Positions 51,922 through 63,882 of a stretch of DNA of 64,000 nucleotides are shown here, piece by piece. The translations under genes were made by a program, and so were the position numbers. A model generated the notes under the pieces. That model ran no database searches, was not told the DNA's origin, and worked only from the letters and a program-made list of their open reading frames with translations. The first letter of the stretch is position 1; each line of letters opens with the position of its first letter. The stretch lies in assembly GCF_964194155.1 (NCBI RefSeq), contig NC_135884.1:112654001-112718000 (forward strand), in the 5' to 3' direction. This DNA is from Cetorhinus maximus (Eukaryota).

Positions 51922-52789
51922 CCAGTAACAATTGTAGTAACCCACTGACAAACAACAATTGTGACACTGCTCCTTTCCTATTTTGGCACATTGGACAAGG
52001 TATGTGTAAAACGCAAATGAAGAGATCTCTTCCTCTGCAATTTACAAAAAAAGGGGAGATTCATATTGTTTTGTGTACTAAGCTAACCAAAATACCAAGC
52101 TCTAAATTAAGACTATTCCCCGACAGCTATTGATCTGGGCTTGGACCAATATGAAAGATAAAAGTTGTAGCGTTGCTTATAGCTAGCCTGGAGTCAACTA
52201 CAGCTATCTTTAATAATAAATGCACTGCTGAAGCTCGCCCTGAGTGAAAGTGATGGAGTTCAACAAATCTAAGTAACTGTAGTTGCTTATAAAATCAAAG
52301 TCGGAGGGGACTTTTAACTCTTTGTAAATTTCTGACTTCCGCTTAGAAGAATGCTTCACAAAATGACCAGAATTTTCCAAAATTTTGTTTTGCCTTTGTA
52401 GGTAAAGGGTGTTAACTGGGCACCAAACTCAAGACACACAAAAACAGCACGTTTCCAAATCCGTAGCAATTCTCACACACAAACTATTCACTAGTTCCTC
52501 ACCTCCTTGTCCCCCTTAATTTGTCTACTATTTGTGCACCTGGAGAAATTTTAAAACAACTTTAAAAAAAAAAAAATTACACAAAGAAGAAAATACATGC
52601 AATGCTCCTAAATCACAAAACAGGGCCTTTTTAAAAAAAAACGGTAGAAGAAAATTCAAAACATTTGTGCTCTATATTGAAAAAGCATATGATAGCTGAT
52701 TTGAGTCAGGCTAGGACTTCAACTTTAAAACCCATGCAATTTTTAATGTACAATTCCGAGTTACTCTAGCTTTGGAAACAAATACTTAC

Positions 52790-52844
52790 ATCATCACAAG
52801 ACATATTGTACTCTGCCAAAACAGTTCGACATCTTGCAGCTATA
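52790..52844 (-). CDS. CNEP1R1: CNEP1R1 coding exon 5 (55 bp)
   Basis: IAARCRTVLAEYNMSCDD; preceded by U12 branch site TTCCTTAAC; gtaagt donor. Confidence 0.96.
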
Positions 52845-54240
52845 CTATAAGAAACATGTTAAGGAAAGCCAGTTATTCATCAATTAAAATTGGAGTTACA
52901 TGATATTGGTCCTGTTCTATGGGACACACTGCATAAGAAATTATAGATTCATTAACTCTACAAGAATAATAAATTAATCAACAGAATGCAGTAAAGAAAA
53001 CTGTACTGTAGAACTATTACAAAGTTAAAGAATGTTGGCTGTTAATAGTCTTTGTTCTAGCTAAACATATGCAATCTTGAGTTTAATAGTAAATAATAGA
53101 CTAAACATTACAAAGTATTAGTGCAGAGTGAGGACAAGATTCATCTCATCAGAAGGTAACTAAATTAATTTAAAAATGCATAGTTAGCATTTTCAAAGGC
53201 ATTATGACAATGATCACCCTTCTAATTCTGCAAATCACATTGATGACAATTTGAAGGACACACCTGTCATGCCCCAGTATATTATGAACTTTCAGTAAAT
53301 ACTTTTAAAAACTGGACAAACTATTAAAATGGCCACTGCAAATCATCTGACCATTGGCATTTGAGCTTCAGTCTTAAAGCTCAAGTGAATACCTGATCTA
53401 ATATGAACATTCACAGCCATCTGGGAATTCATATATCCCTTTGAGGATGGATCAACACAAAAGGATTTTGGAATTCCAGCCGACCTGACTCTGTTTCACC
53501 CTGGCCAAAAGGAGACTTCAAAACTCCATGTGTGTAAGACAGATATGAATAGATCCTATCAACTTTCCATTGTATTATGATAGTTTTCCCCATCCAATCT
53601 AGGCTGGGTGAATCTCAAGGTGTCAAATGACAACTCTGGATGATTGGAATCAAAATACACACCACCCATTGTTTGGGAAAAGGACTTTGAGCTTGTGGAA
53701 GTCACATGACGAGGAAGCCATTTTGTTGCCTGCTTTTAAAATCAGCTTCTTGCAGAGGGTTCCACCGAAAGCCACTGAACTAACTGCAAGTCACCCACGT
53801 AGCCAAGGTAATAAACAGCAACACCTCAAAAGTGGCAGATCCTACCAGAGAGAAAGATTCTTCAACCTATTCCAGTTAAAGTTCACCTGAGAACCAACCT
53901 CAGAAATTCGAAAAGAAAACTCACAGCCTGCTGAGAATCCCTCACTTTACGGGACCTTCACTTCAACTTTAAGGCATCACCTGCATCTAGGAAACTACTG
54001 GGCTGCTGATCTTTGTGTGTGAGAGAACGTGCATGAGATGAATGAGTGAAACATTGTGTTAAATTTGGGATTGTGAGAGATAATAAATAACCTCTATTTT
54101 TTAACTCTCAAAAAGCTTGCTGCTGGAATTATTTAATTATTTCCTACCCTCACTCACTCACTCTTACATACAAACATACTGATCACGGGCAGTAAAAGGA
54201 AAGCCATAAATTCTATCCACGACACACCAAAAAAGGATAC
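52845..54240 (-). other. U12-type (minor spliceosome) GT-AG intron of CNEP1R1
   Basis: 5' splice site GTATCCTTT (54240-54232). Branch site TTCCTTAAC (52866-52858), 13 nt before the exon. Confidence 0.92.
53265..54224 (+). mobile_element. Solo LTR (960 bp)
   Basis: TG..CA termini tgtcatg/cacgaca, perfect 4-bp TSD cacc, AATAAA near 54082. Confidence 0.8.
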
Positions 54241-54350
54241 ATTGATGGTGCAACCACTCTTTTATGTATTCCAGCAAAGAATAAACCAATAAGGGTTATA
54301 CAGCTGATGGTGAAGAATGGATGATTCCATAGCGATGTGAAAAAAGATAC
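54241..54350 (-). CDS. CNEP1R1: CNEP1R1 coding exon 4 (110 bp)
   Basis: [36 protein letters not shown]. Confidence 0.97.
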
Positions 54351-54367
54351 CTAAAAAGATTTAAAAT

Positions 54368-54930
54368 GTATTGCTGAGAAGAGAGACATGTTGCTGATGC
54401 TTTTCATCTTGCACTCATCAGGACAAATACAAGAATGCTTAATTTCAAATGATCACAATTTACATGACAGGAGAAAATGGTGCTGATTAGTTGGCAAGTC
54501 AACTCTAATTGGCTGAGCCATTGCCATGGGGAAAGCAACGGGGAACTACAGGCTCTCCAAGCTCTCAGGTAATTCCAAAAAGGTACAAGGCTTTACATAT
54601 TCCTTTTGTTCGCAGAAAATAGAGAATAGGTCCCTGCATACGAATGTATGTCATTTCTAACAAGCATAAATGAGCCACGTTATGCGATCGACTGATTATC
54701 GTAAATTGGTTGTTAGTGTAGCTATTAGCACACTCAGGATTGCTCAACAAGTACTTCCCAATTGCGGAATTACATCTTACAGTACACATTTTGTGTTGGG
54801 TTTTGCAAGCGCAGAATGGTTGAGCACAATCTATACTCTGCCTGTTGTGAACAACCGAAGGAACATGCTGTTTGATTCAATCAGCCAATCATTGACCATA
54901 TTTCAGCAAGTTACAGAAACACACCTACTT
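54368..54930 (-). mobile_element. Second-family PLE 3' end (GIY-YIG C-terminus plus pLTR with hammerhead motif)
   Basis: SAIGKYLLSNPECA..F.II.R..HL.LLE..YI....P resembles a PLE endonuclease tail. Minus strand 54426-54391 reads ttgtc-CTGATGA-gtgcaagat-GAAA-agca-TC. Confidence 0.78.
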
Positions 54931-56852
54931 TAAAATTTGCAACAATCTGACCTTTATTTATCTTACAATTCCCCTGTATTAGAAATAAATTTTTAATTTT
55001 GCAAAGTTATTAAAATAACATTTTCAAAAATTAGGCAGGAGTGCATCAAATATTCCTTAGAGTGCCTGACCATTGACATCTTTCCGTATTACTGCCAATT
55101 TCATCCCTCCACACCCCCTGCAATTTTTTTATTTTGCTGTATTGTGAAGGTGTCAACTTCTTGTTGCAATATGGTTTTATAATATCAAGCACACTACAGT
55201 ATCTCATTCAAATGACACTGTTGGGGTTTGAGTCACAAAAACCTATTAACGACGAGCTCAGCCCAGCTGATATTGATCACATCCTCCACATTCACACACT
55301 TCTAACAAGGGTTGCTGGGTAGTCATCAGAAGCAGGAATTCTGGCCAATTATTTTCTGTCCACTGGCACTGTAACCCATTGTAACATTAAAACCACCCAA
55401 GTCAGCACAGCTCAACACAGGAATGAAACCTATGATCTTCCTCATCTGTGTGTCTCAGTTGTTCACTGCTTAACCAGCCAAGATGCTCCACCAGACATAT
55501 ATAAAAGCATAAGTAAGGGTATAATGCTAGCTAAAAGTTTCCCCTTACCAAAATTGCCAGAGGGCTCAAAGCTGTGGGATTATCTCAGTTTACTGCACGT
55601 AGAAAATATTGTTCTAGAAGTTCTTACACATTTTTTTCCAACTGAGGACATTCACAAGTAACTGACCTTGTGCATTTCTCAAAGGCATCATTTGTACCAG
55701 CTATAATGGTGAGCTGGAAGTACTTACAGTAGATCCAGTACCGAACAACCTTTTCCAGATGGCTATACATGGGTGTAACATATTTCCAGGACCATCTTTA
55801 TATTAAAGGATGATTTATAGACAACATACTAATCTAAATCACTGAACTTAGTGCGTTGAGGCAAAATCTAAACTCAAATCACGAGAATACATTAGGCCTG
55901 ATGTTGGACCTTGCCACAGAACTATACGGTCTTCTGTTCATACAGCATTAGAAACTTGACCCGAGACAGAAATATGTTTAAGCTACAAAACTTTATAGGC
56001 AGCTACTGCATGTTACTTTAGCTTACTGTGTTTTGTTTTTCTGGTGCCCAGCCAAGCTGAGTATCTCCCAGAACTGTTTTAATGTTTTCACATGGAGCAT
56101 GGAATGAGCAAAAGAAAAGGGAATAATGTCTCTTCACACTATTTTAACCGAAGGAAGCAACAGAAACAATTGATACAAAGGCAGCCTTAATTGTTTAATG
56201 CATAACCTAAATAAGAAGCCACGGTCATCAAGCCAATTGAAACAAAAGTCAGATTTCAAGCAGAGAAAATCTGAAGATTTGCTCATTTCCTTCATTCTGG
56301 AAGACTACATTATAATTTCAAATAAATCATCAAAAGCTGACTGTTATTTTTCCATTAACCTGATCGTGAATTCATAATTCAAAAGTTGGAAGATTTAGAT
56401 CTTTAATAAAAAGAAATATGAGGCAACATCTATACTCAGGCCACGTGAATACAACATGCCTGGTTTTGGGCACTTTGAACCTTGCCATAACAAATGCTCA
56501 AACAAGTCAGTAATTTCTCATGAGACATTTACAAGATGTTAATAGCACTTTGTGTTCTTTAGGATCATTACCTGGCATACAAAGTGCCAGACAATTAAGT
56601 GAATTCTAATCCCTTATTTTAGGATAGGCTGATGTTACATTTTTTTGAAAACATTTCTCCTAATAAAGCTCGTTTCTGAAACTTGTGGGAATGTGAAAGA
56701 AAATGTGGTCTGAGCTGTTGTTAAACAGAAAAGTTCCACTGAACATTTTGAAAGTGAACCTCCACCGTCACTACCAAAAAGCAAACACACAATTATTTGT
56801 TCTGAACAAAATATTTTGACAATTTTAAATAAGTATAAAAGCTTCAAATTAC

Positions 56853-56926
56853 CTTTTGTGTTTCAGGATCTATTAACCAATTCCAGGCACCTGTGGCAGT
56901 ACATACCGAAACAACTATAAGAATCA
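56853..56926 (-). CDS. CNEP1R1: CNEP1R1 coding exon 3 (74 bp)
   Basis: [25 protein letters not shown]; tgcag acceptor, gtaatt donor. Confidence 0.96.
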
Positions 56927-57084
56927 CTGCAAACAAAAAGTTGAACTTCAGTTACCAATTTTTTTTAATGGATGTGGTTCACTAAGACAACAGGGATTTG
57001 TATTCCAAGGGAAGTAAAATTCTAAATGTACTTACCATAGTTACTTTAAGAAATCTACTTTTAATTGGAAGTTAGCTTTGTCTA

Positions 57085-57265
57085 TGTTCCTTCACTGTTG
57101 CTGGGTCAAAATCTGGAACTCCCTAACAGCACTGCGGATGTTCCTACAGCACATGGGCTACAGCAGTTCAAGGCAGCAGCTCACCACCACCTTCGCAACG
57201 GCAATTCGGAATGATAATAAATGCTGGCCTAGCCAGCGGCATCTACATCCCATAAACGAATAAAC
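57085..57265 (+). mobile_element. LINE (CR1-group) 3' terminus
   Basis: tggaactccc..ttcaagg..gctcaccaccacctt..aataaatgctggcc..gaataaa 3' end pattern. Confidence 0.5.
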
Positions 57266-59094
57266 AAACTACCATTATAATAATTTAAAATATAGTTTCT
57301 GTGGCTGCTTTCTGGCAAGTTGTTTTTGTGAAGGATAGATCCAAGGTGCTATGATGTGAAACTTCAGAGTACAATGGCACACGTTCATCAATAAGCATAT
57401 CAAAAGATATTTATTTCAGGAAAAAATGTTTTGAAGTAGAAAATTAAGCCTGTATTTTTAAATAATTCTGCTTAATGCTTGCAGTGTAGTTGTTTTCTTC
57501 ATGATCCAGATTAATAGTTTTTAACCTGAGCTACACAAACTGCCATCCTGGTATTTTCTACCAGCTCTAAGCACACAGTAGGCCAGCCATATTATTTCTA
57601 ATGCGTAACCCAATAGTAGAGGGGTGCATTGTTCGCCCTAAAACATTGTCTGAAATATTTTACACATTAAGATCAAGTTTTGATTTATACAGCGCATGGG
57701 CATATCTATTTGTGTATTATTAATATTAAACTCCTTGTCAGAGTATGTTTCTCTGTGGAAGACATAGTTGCAATAAGTACATCATCAACATATATTGGGA
57801 CACACTGGTTGTCCTGTCCACCCCCCCTCCCCCATTACAAACCTGGTTTTGTTTTTCAAAAAGTGGCAATTCACAGGTTCAGAGGTGATTAATAAGATTT
57901 CATGGATTGTTCCAAACAATTCCTTTTCTAAATTCTTTCTGAAACCCTGATCTTGTGATGGTTTGGATTCTTGTTAGGGTTGAGTCCCATGGCACTGCTG
58001 AACCTTGTTATTTTGTCCCAGTGGCCATGAATCATTAATCAATCTCGAAAGGATGTTTTGATCAAAAATAGGCTTTTCAAGCACTTCAGGACAGCGGGAA
58101 ATTACAGTCAAACCTAATCCTGCCATCATGCAAAGTTTACAACATTATACTTTTGCAAGTGTCACTGAATACTGCTAAGCAACAGAAATCTTAGCTGATT
58201 TTCCCCATCCATAACTAGAGACACAAATTCCAGGGATTGAACCTTAGATCTTCCTTGTCCGAATGGCTCATTTTGGATATTCACACCAACTTAAACACTT
58301 GCTTATATCTTAAACACTGAAATGAAATCCAGCCATTGCACAGTTTAGCAATTATAAAAATTCTTAATTTGTTTGTGGCTCTGATGGAAAGAGGAAGCCA
58401 AGGATAATCTACTGAATTGCTACATAATCCAAGATATTCTAGACCCTTCGTTGCCATCATTACACTTTTTAAATTGCAGGTCACAGGGAGACTGGAGACA
58501 GACTTTGTCCTTGTTCATTCTGCCAATGAAGAACTGTAAGCAGCACTTAAAAGTCAGAATGCCAAACAAAATGTCTGCTGAGAACCTCTGACCATCTATT
58601 TACTAATTTAGAACCCAGAAACTGAGAGGAGTGAGGCACAAATCTACAAAAAGTAAGGATTATAAAAATGAAATGCATTGGGGGCAGCTTGTAGATTTAA
58701 TTGCAGCTTTCTCTCCATTTCTACAACAATAAAGCTTGCATTCCATAATTTTTTTTTAAACTTGCAATTGTCTTGGGGCAACTTTGTTATGCCAATCTCT
58801 GATTACTCTTCTTGCTGCAATGATTATGCAAGTTAGTTTAGAAAATGCAAATTTGATTGAGACCAAGTCCAAATCATTGAATTAAATTCTTTGATTGTGG
58901 TTTCAACACTTGACTGTACAATATAGATGCCCAAAGTTAGGGTTACCAGATCCTAGCTGTCATTGTTGCCTTAATAGTACATTATTTCAGTAGCTGCGCA
59001 TGAAGAAAAACAATATGCTGTACCGGATCAATGTACCTTTTCAATCAATCACATTTCCCCAGATATTGAGCAGCCTACAGGTTGTTTAATGGGA

Positions 59095-59232
59095 ATAAAA
59101 ACAGAAAACGCTGGAAACACTCAGCAACTCTGGTAGCATCTGTGAGAACAGAAACATAGGTAACGTTTCAGGTTAAACCAACATCTTCTGTTTTTATTTC
59201 AGATTTCCAGCATCCACAATATCTTTCTTTTG
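59095..59232. mobile_element. Solo Penelope pLTR remnant with inverted termini in CNEP1R1 intron 2
   Basis: ataaaaacagaa..gctggaaa.actcagca / ttctgtttttatttcagatttccagcatcc; same architecture as 28081-28231. Confidence 0.7.
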
Positions 59233-59362
59233 TATGAATGTTTAACAGACCAGTTGATACTGCTCTGGCGATATCCCCACCACTAAATATACATGTGGAA
59301 GTGCAACTCTCACAACTACCTCCCCCACCCCGTGAGAGCGGACACACACCCCGGATACTCAC

Positions 59363-59434
59363 TTCGCCACCGTCCCGTCGCCGGCTGTAAACAGGAGATG
59401 TACTCGGTCAGCCTCCTCTCGAAAGCCTTGAGAT
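59363..59434 (-). CDS. CNEP1R1: CNEP1R1 coding exon 2 (72 bp)
   Basis: [24 protein letters not shown]; tgcag acceptor, gtgagt donor. Confidence 0.97.
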
Positions 59435-59544
59435 CTGCAACACAAAACAACACATTCGCCGTCTGACAAGCCGCTGCGGAGGATGACCGGCTCCGGACCC
59501 CCCACACACTCACTCACTCACCACCTCCACTAACCCCCATGTAC

Positions 59545-59569
59545 CTTCAGCTTGTTCCAGAGAATTCAT
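59545..59569 (-). CDS. CNEP1R1: CNEP1R1 coding exon 1 (25 bp); an adjacent in-frame ATG lies at 59572
   Basis: MNSLEQAE, gtacat donor. The six exons total 378 nt, i.e. 125 aa plus stop. Confidence 0.95.
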
Positions 59570-59579
59570 CATCACAAAT

Positions 59580-59800
59580 CTCCAGCCACTTCCCCCACGG
59601 CGTCCGGTCACCGTGTGAGCCTCCCGTTTCTTCCCCTCCCAAAGGCCACGGCTGATTGGCCCTTCGCGGCGGCCATGTAAGCAGCGATCGGATTGGTGGA
59701 GACGAAGCGAAGGGGCGGGGTCAGGTGCCGCTTCTGGTTGTGTTTCCGGCTCCGGTTCAGGTTGGCGGCTGAGGCGATCGAGAGCAGCAGGAGGTGAATC
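59580..59800. promoter_or_regulatory. Bidirectional CpG-island promoter
   Basis: CpG-rich 59330-60330. ATTGG (CCAAT) boxes at 59655 and 59692, GC box 59712-59720, ETS ttccgg at 59744, YY1-like gcggccat. Confidence 0.72.
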
Positions 59801-62800
59801 GAGGTTTCATTTTAATCTGAGGGGGTCCCCTCCTCCCCCGCAGGATCGCCGTCACCCGGGCCACTAACTCTGCGTTTTATTTTCTTTTTGCATCGCTGCC
59901 CCTGCTCAGGTTTTACTTTAGCTGATTTTTTCCCCCCCCTTTGTTTAGTTTTGGATGGCGGTGAGGCCCAGGCTCGGCCCAGCTGCCGCCGCTGCTCCTC
60001 CTGCCGCAAGCGGAGGCCTTGCGACCGTTCGCTCAGTCTGGGCCCGGCCGGCCTTTTCTCTCCTCCTCACTCCGCGCCGTTGGCGGTTTCGCTAGGCCCA
60101 TGTTCCGATTTGTTTCAGTCTCCCTCACCGATGGAGACATCCCAAACTTTTATTCAGCCCAGAGTCGGTGGCCATGTTGTGAGGTCGCCCGTTTTACCGA
60201 GTCTCTTGTTTTTTAAACCCAGCGAGAAACAGTCGCCAAAAGCAGCGCCGATATTCTCAGCGTGTCTTGGATGGGTTATTTTTAGTTTTCTTAATGCATT
60301 CGCACACGCAGTTATCAACGATTTTTCTTCATTCCGCACTTCTCTTTGAAAAAATATAACGTAATGTAACTTATAGCAAATTATTCAGGCATTACATCTC
60401 ACAAACAAAATTGCAAATGTTGGTAGTCTAAAATAAAAATACAAATATAGCTTGTCGGTCAAATCTATGAAGCGAAAAGGTATATTAACATTTATGTTTA
60501 ACACTCCCCTCTGTTACCACTTTAATCTCTGTCTTTAGTTTCCACTGTTAAAGCTTGAAGGTTCAACAGTAAATTGAGAAGTCTCCTTATTTATAATTAT
60601 AATTCAGAAGGTGAGTTATGTTGGTTATAGTTTTAATCCTTTGCGTTCTGTGCATTTTTTTCTGGAGGGGTATATATATGTTTGACAATCTTTAAAGTTG
60701 TACTGGTAAATTAAAATTCATGTAGCATGAAATGTACCTGATTTGGTTATGATGGGCACTTGTCTGGGCATCATTCCAACTTTGGTTGTCAAGACATTTA
60801 TAAGTCATTCATTAGTGAAGAGAAACTACTTTTAAAACGAGACATATGGGGCCTTGAGTGGCTTAGTTGGTAATAGCAATAGATCTTTACACACAAACGA
60901 GTCCAAGTTCCTGGGCAGTGTGGTGAGTTAGCTGTAGAGCAGTTACAATTGGTCTAGGTATTTCTTGGGCAGGGAGTTGAGTGAGGGTATGACTAGACTG
61001 GCATTTGTTTCCTTGTTACCTAGGCACATGAAAATTAGCCATTTGGGAGAGAGCGTAACTAGTATTTCTGTATCGGTGCTTGAAACAGACTTCCTGACAA
61101 TTCCAATGTATGCACATTTATTTTACAGGAGTTAAGCTTTTAAAAAGGAATACTTCACCTAGTTTCAAACCATACTTCACATTTGAAGAATTGTGTTTGC
61201 CAAAGTTTTTCATTATAGTTCACATTTCTCTAAAGAGAAAAGACAGGTCATGGTGTTACCAGTGTGAATGCTTAATCAGAACTGAAGACTCAATCTTTTA
61301 GTTTGTTGCGGACAAAACTTAAAGGCTGCCTGGAGTCAGAATTTGAAGCATTTTAATTAGAGTCTGGGGGGACAAAAAAGAGAGAAGGGAAGGGGTGGAG
61401 AATTGGATACATCAATCGCAAAGGAATTAGTGGATTAACAGACTGATTGATTGATAGATATACGCAAATTGTAGGAGTGTGCTGGATAAAACACACAAGT
61501 CACCACAAACGAAAGCAATAGGCAAAATATGAGAAATAAGCTGCAAATGCATCCAATCTAAAATTAACACAGCACATTCAAGTGACCTGAAAATGAGAGG
61601 TTGCTCTTAATCTGGAACACCATTGATTATACATAATTCTTGCTATGATGTACTGTTAAAAAAGACAGCATGATGTTGTAACACCCTTGGTTTATAGTAG
61701 GCTGCCAGCTCCTTTGAGTTGCTTTTTTCCCTCTATTGTCTTATCACCACCTTAGTGCACAGATGCAGCTAGGATTTGAGAGAAGTCCTTCCATGCAAAA
61801 AGGGAATCTGCACTTCTGTGGATTTCCTAGATTCCCTTGATGTATGAATCAGTAAAATATTGGCAAAAGCTTGTCATTTGGGAAATTATTTGAGGGGTTA
61901 GCAAGAAAAGTATCTTTCAATATGAGAATATAACCTACAAAACTCTAAGCAGCAAGTAGGAAAACAGAATTAAGCGGGATTACAATTTTGGGTGTATTGG
62001 TAACATTTAATTAGAGTTAATGCAATGTTTCTGTTTCAGAAATTGAAGCAAAATATGATTCCATGATACCACTAATGATTGAATTTGTACATTTCAATTT
62101 TACTAAACAGTAGGAACTCAGTATTGAAGCAATCCTCCACCTGACCAAATATTAAAAATTTCCAGTGATTTGGTGTTTCAAAGTTCGAATTGTACAACAA
62201 TGTCCTTGCTAGGGGAATTCAAGACAAATACAGTACAAACTAATTGGAATTAAATTGTCAAGCACAAGAAACTTTAGTGGCCTGTGTACTATAATGACAG
62301 CTGCAATTATCTAGTACGAGGCTTTAACATTTGAAAAATGTGAAAATGGAGACAATCAGTGTACCAAGACACTTGAATTTGTTACTTGTCAAAAAGTTTG
62401 GGGCCACTTCAAAGATATATGCGCCATGATCTGGATGTCATCCTGTCTAGAATTATAAATGGATACCAGTTTGCAGTTGGAAAACCCTGCATGATGCAAT
62501 AATAGTTTTAGGTTAGTAGATTGAGTTAGTCACTGAAGTTGCTGAATATCAGAAAAACATGTTGGATTGGGAAGATTTTACTGGTGTCTTAAAGATGTTG
62601 CAAAATCAACAATTTTGTTTTAAGCTCCAGAGTTGAAGTAACACCCTATTGCCAGTATAATGCAAGTAGAAGTATTTGTGACAACTGATATTACCAATTT
62701 TTTGAAGGATTGTAAACTTTTTATGTATCTAATTGTAAGTGTGTATTTGGAACCTGCAAATCTCTGGGTGTTTATTGCAAGGTTTAGCATCCTCCTCTCG

Positions 62801-62978
62801 GCTAGACTTCATTTTGATATTACACAGTTCCTTTACAATTGAACTGTCGCTAGACATAAGCACAATAAAAAGAATTGAGGGCATTGGATGAATTCCAAAT
62901 GGAGTATGTGCCATTAGACCATTTACTTTGAAGCAATGCAACATTTTCTTAACCAGTTTTCTATTTTTGCAGGTTAAG

Positions 62979-63037
62979 ATGTCTGCTTGGATAAAGCCTA
63001 GGGGAGGTCCATCACACAGACCCAGCCCAGATGGAAG
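62979..63037 (+). CDS. Putative first coding exon of an unidentified divergent gene (exon 62973-63037)
   Basis: Polypyrimidine tract plus tgcag acceptor, aagATG, MSAWIKPRGGPSHRPSPDG, strong AG/gtaaga donor. GC-richer than its flanks. Confidence 0.55.
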
Positions 63038-63314
63038 GTAAGAAGTGTTTTTTTAATATGCCTCTTATCCCAGAAAAGTCCATTAAGATGCCTAGTTTAC
63101 AGTTTTTGAGCATTGCTTCATTCAGGTATTTGTGAATATTCTAAAGTTTAATTAAACTTATGTTTGATAGCTTAATAATCTAATAGTCAATCATTACAAT
63201 ATTGCTAACTGATGCTGAAAAAGTTCTTATAATGAAAATAGGTTGGTCTGATTGAGAATTCAAAACCTCTAAACTATTTAGTAAGCACAAACAAATGAAA
63301 TTGGATTATTTTAT

Positions 63315-63882
63315 GTATTGCTGAAAAGAGACATTTTGTCAAAGTTTTTCATCTTGCACTCATCAGGACAATTCACAAGAATACCAGTGAGGGAAAACAA
63401 CAAATTTATACTCAGAAGAGAGTGTTGATAGTTAGGGGCGTTTCCATTGAAAATGCACCATTTGATTTGTGTGTACTGGAAACTACATATATTAATACAC
63501 AGGGCCCTGTTCTTTGCAGACAGAACATGTACACACATTGCATCTATTTCAGCTAAATAAAATAAGTGACAGCCATTTGCTGAATCATTCCTGAGATTGA
63601 TGCCTTGACCAATCAGAGTAAAGCTGCCTGGTTTAAATTTCAAACAATGCTTGGCAGTTCACTGTCAGTCACCATCAATTGGTGCATTCTCCATGGCAGT
63701 GCCTCTACCAATCAGAGTCCACTTGCCAACCAATCAGCAGTCTCTTCTCATAGAGTATAAATTTGTTGTTTTCCCTCACATTGGTATCCTTGCGAATTGT
63801 CCCGATGAGTGCAAGTCGAAAAGCTTCGATTAAATTTTTTTTTCAGCAATACTCAAGTTCTGTACAACCTAACAACTATTAT
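63315..63882 (+). mobile_element. Second-family PLE, extremely 5'-truncated, with inverted 5' pLTR (fold-back element)
   Basis: 63315-63460 is the inverse of about 63680-63852. The centre encodes LCVLETTYINTQGPVLCRQ (PLE C-terminus). Hammerhead motifs on both strands, and a one-sided tail of about 30 bp. Confidence 0.82.

Noticed and set aside
59812-60349. ORFs of 61-153 aa in the CpG island (likewise 41746-42213)
   Set aside because: GC-rich stop-poor sequence with no recognisable domains; these overlap promoter or intron regions.
62944-62953. tttcttaac as a U12 branch site for the unknown gene
   Set aside because: Imperfect match, and no RTATCCTT donor was seen upstream on the plus strand. 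It fits an ordinary U2 branch point.
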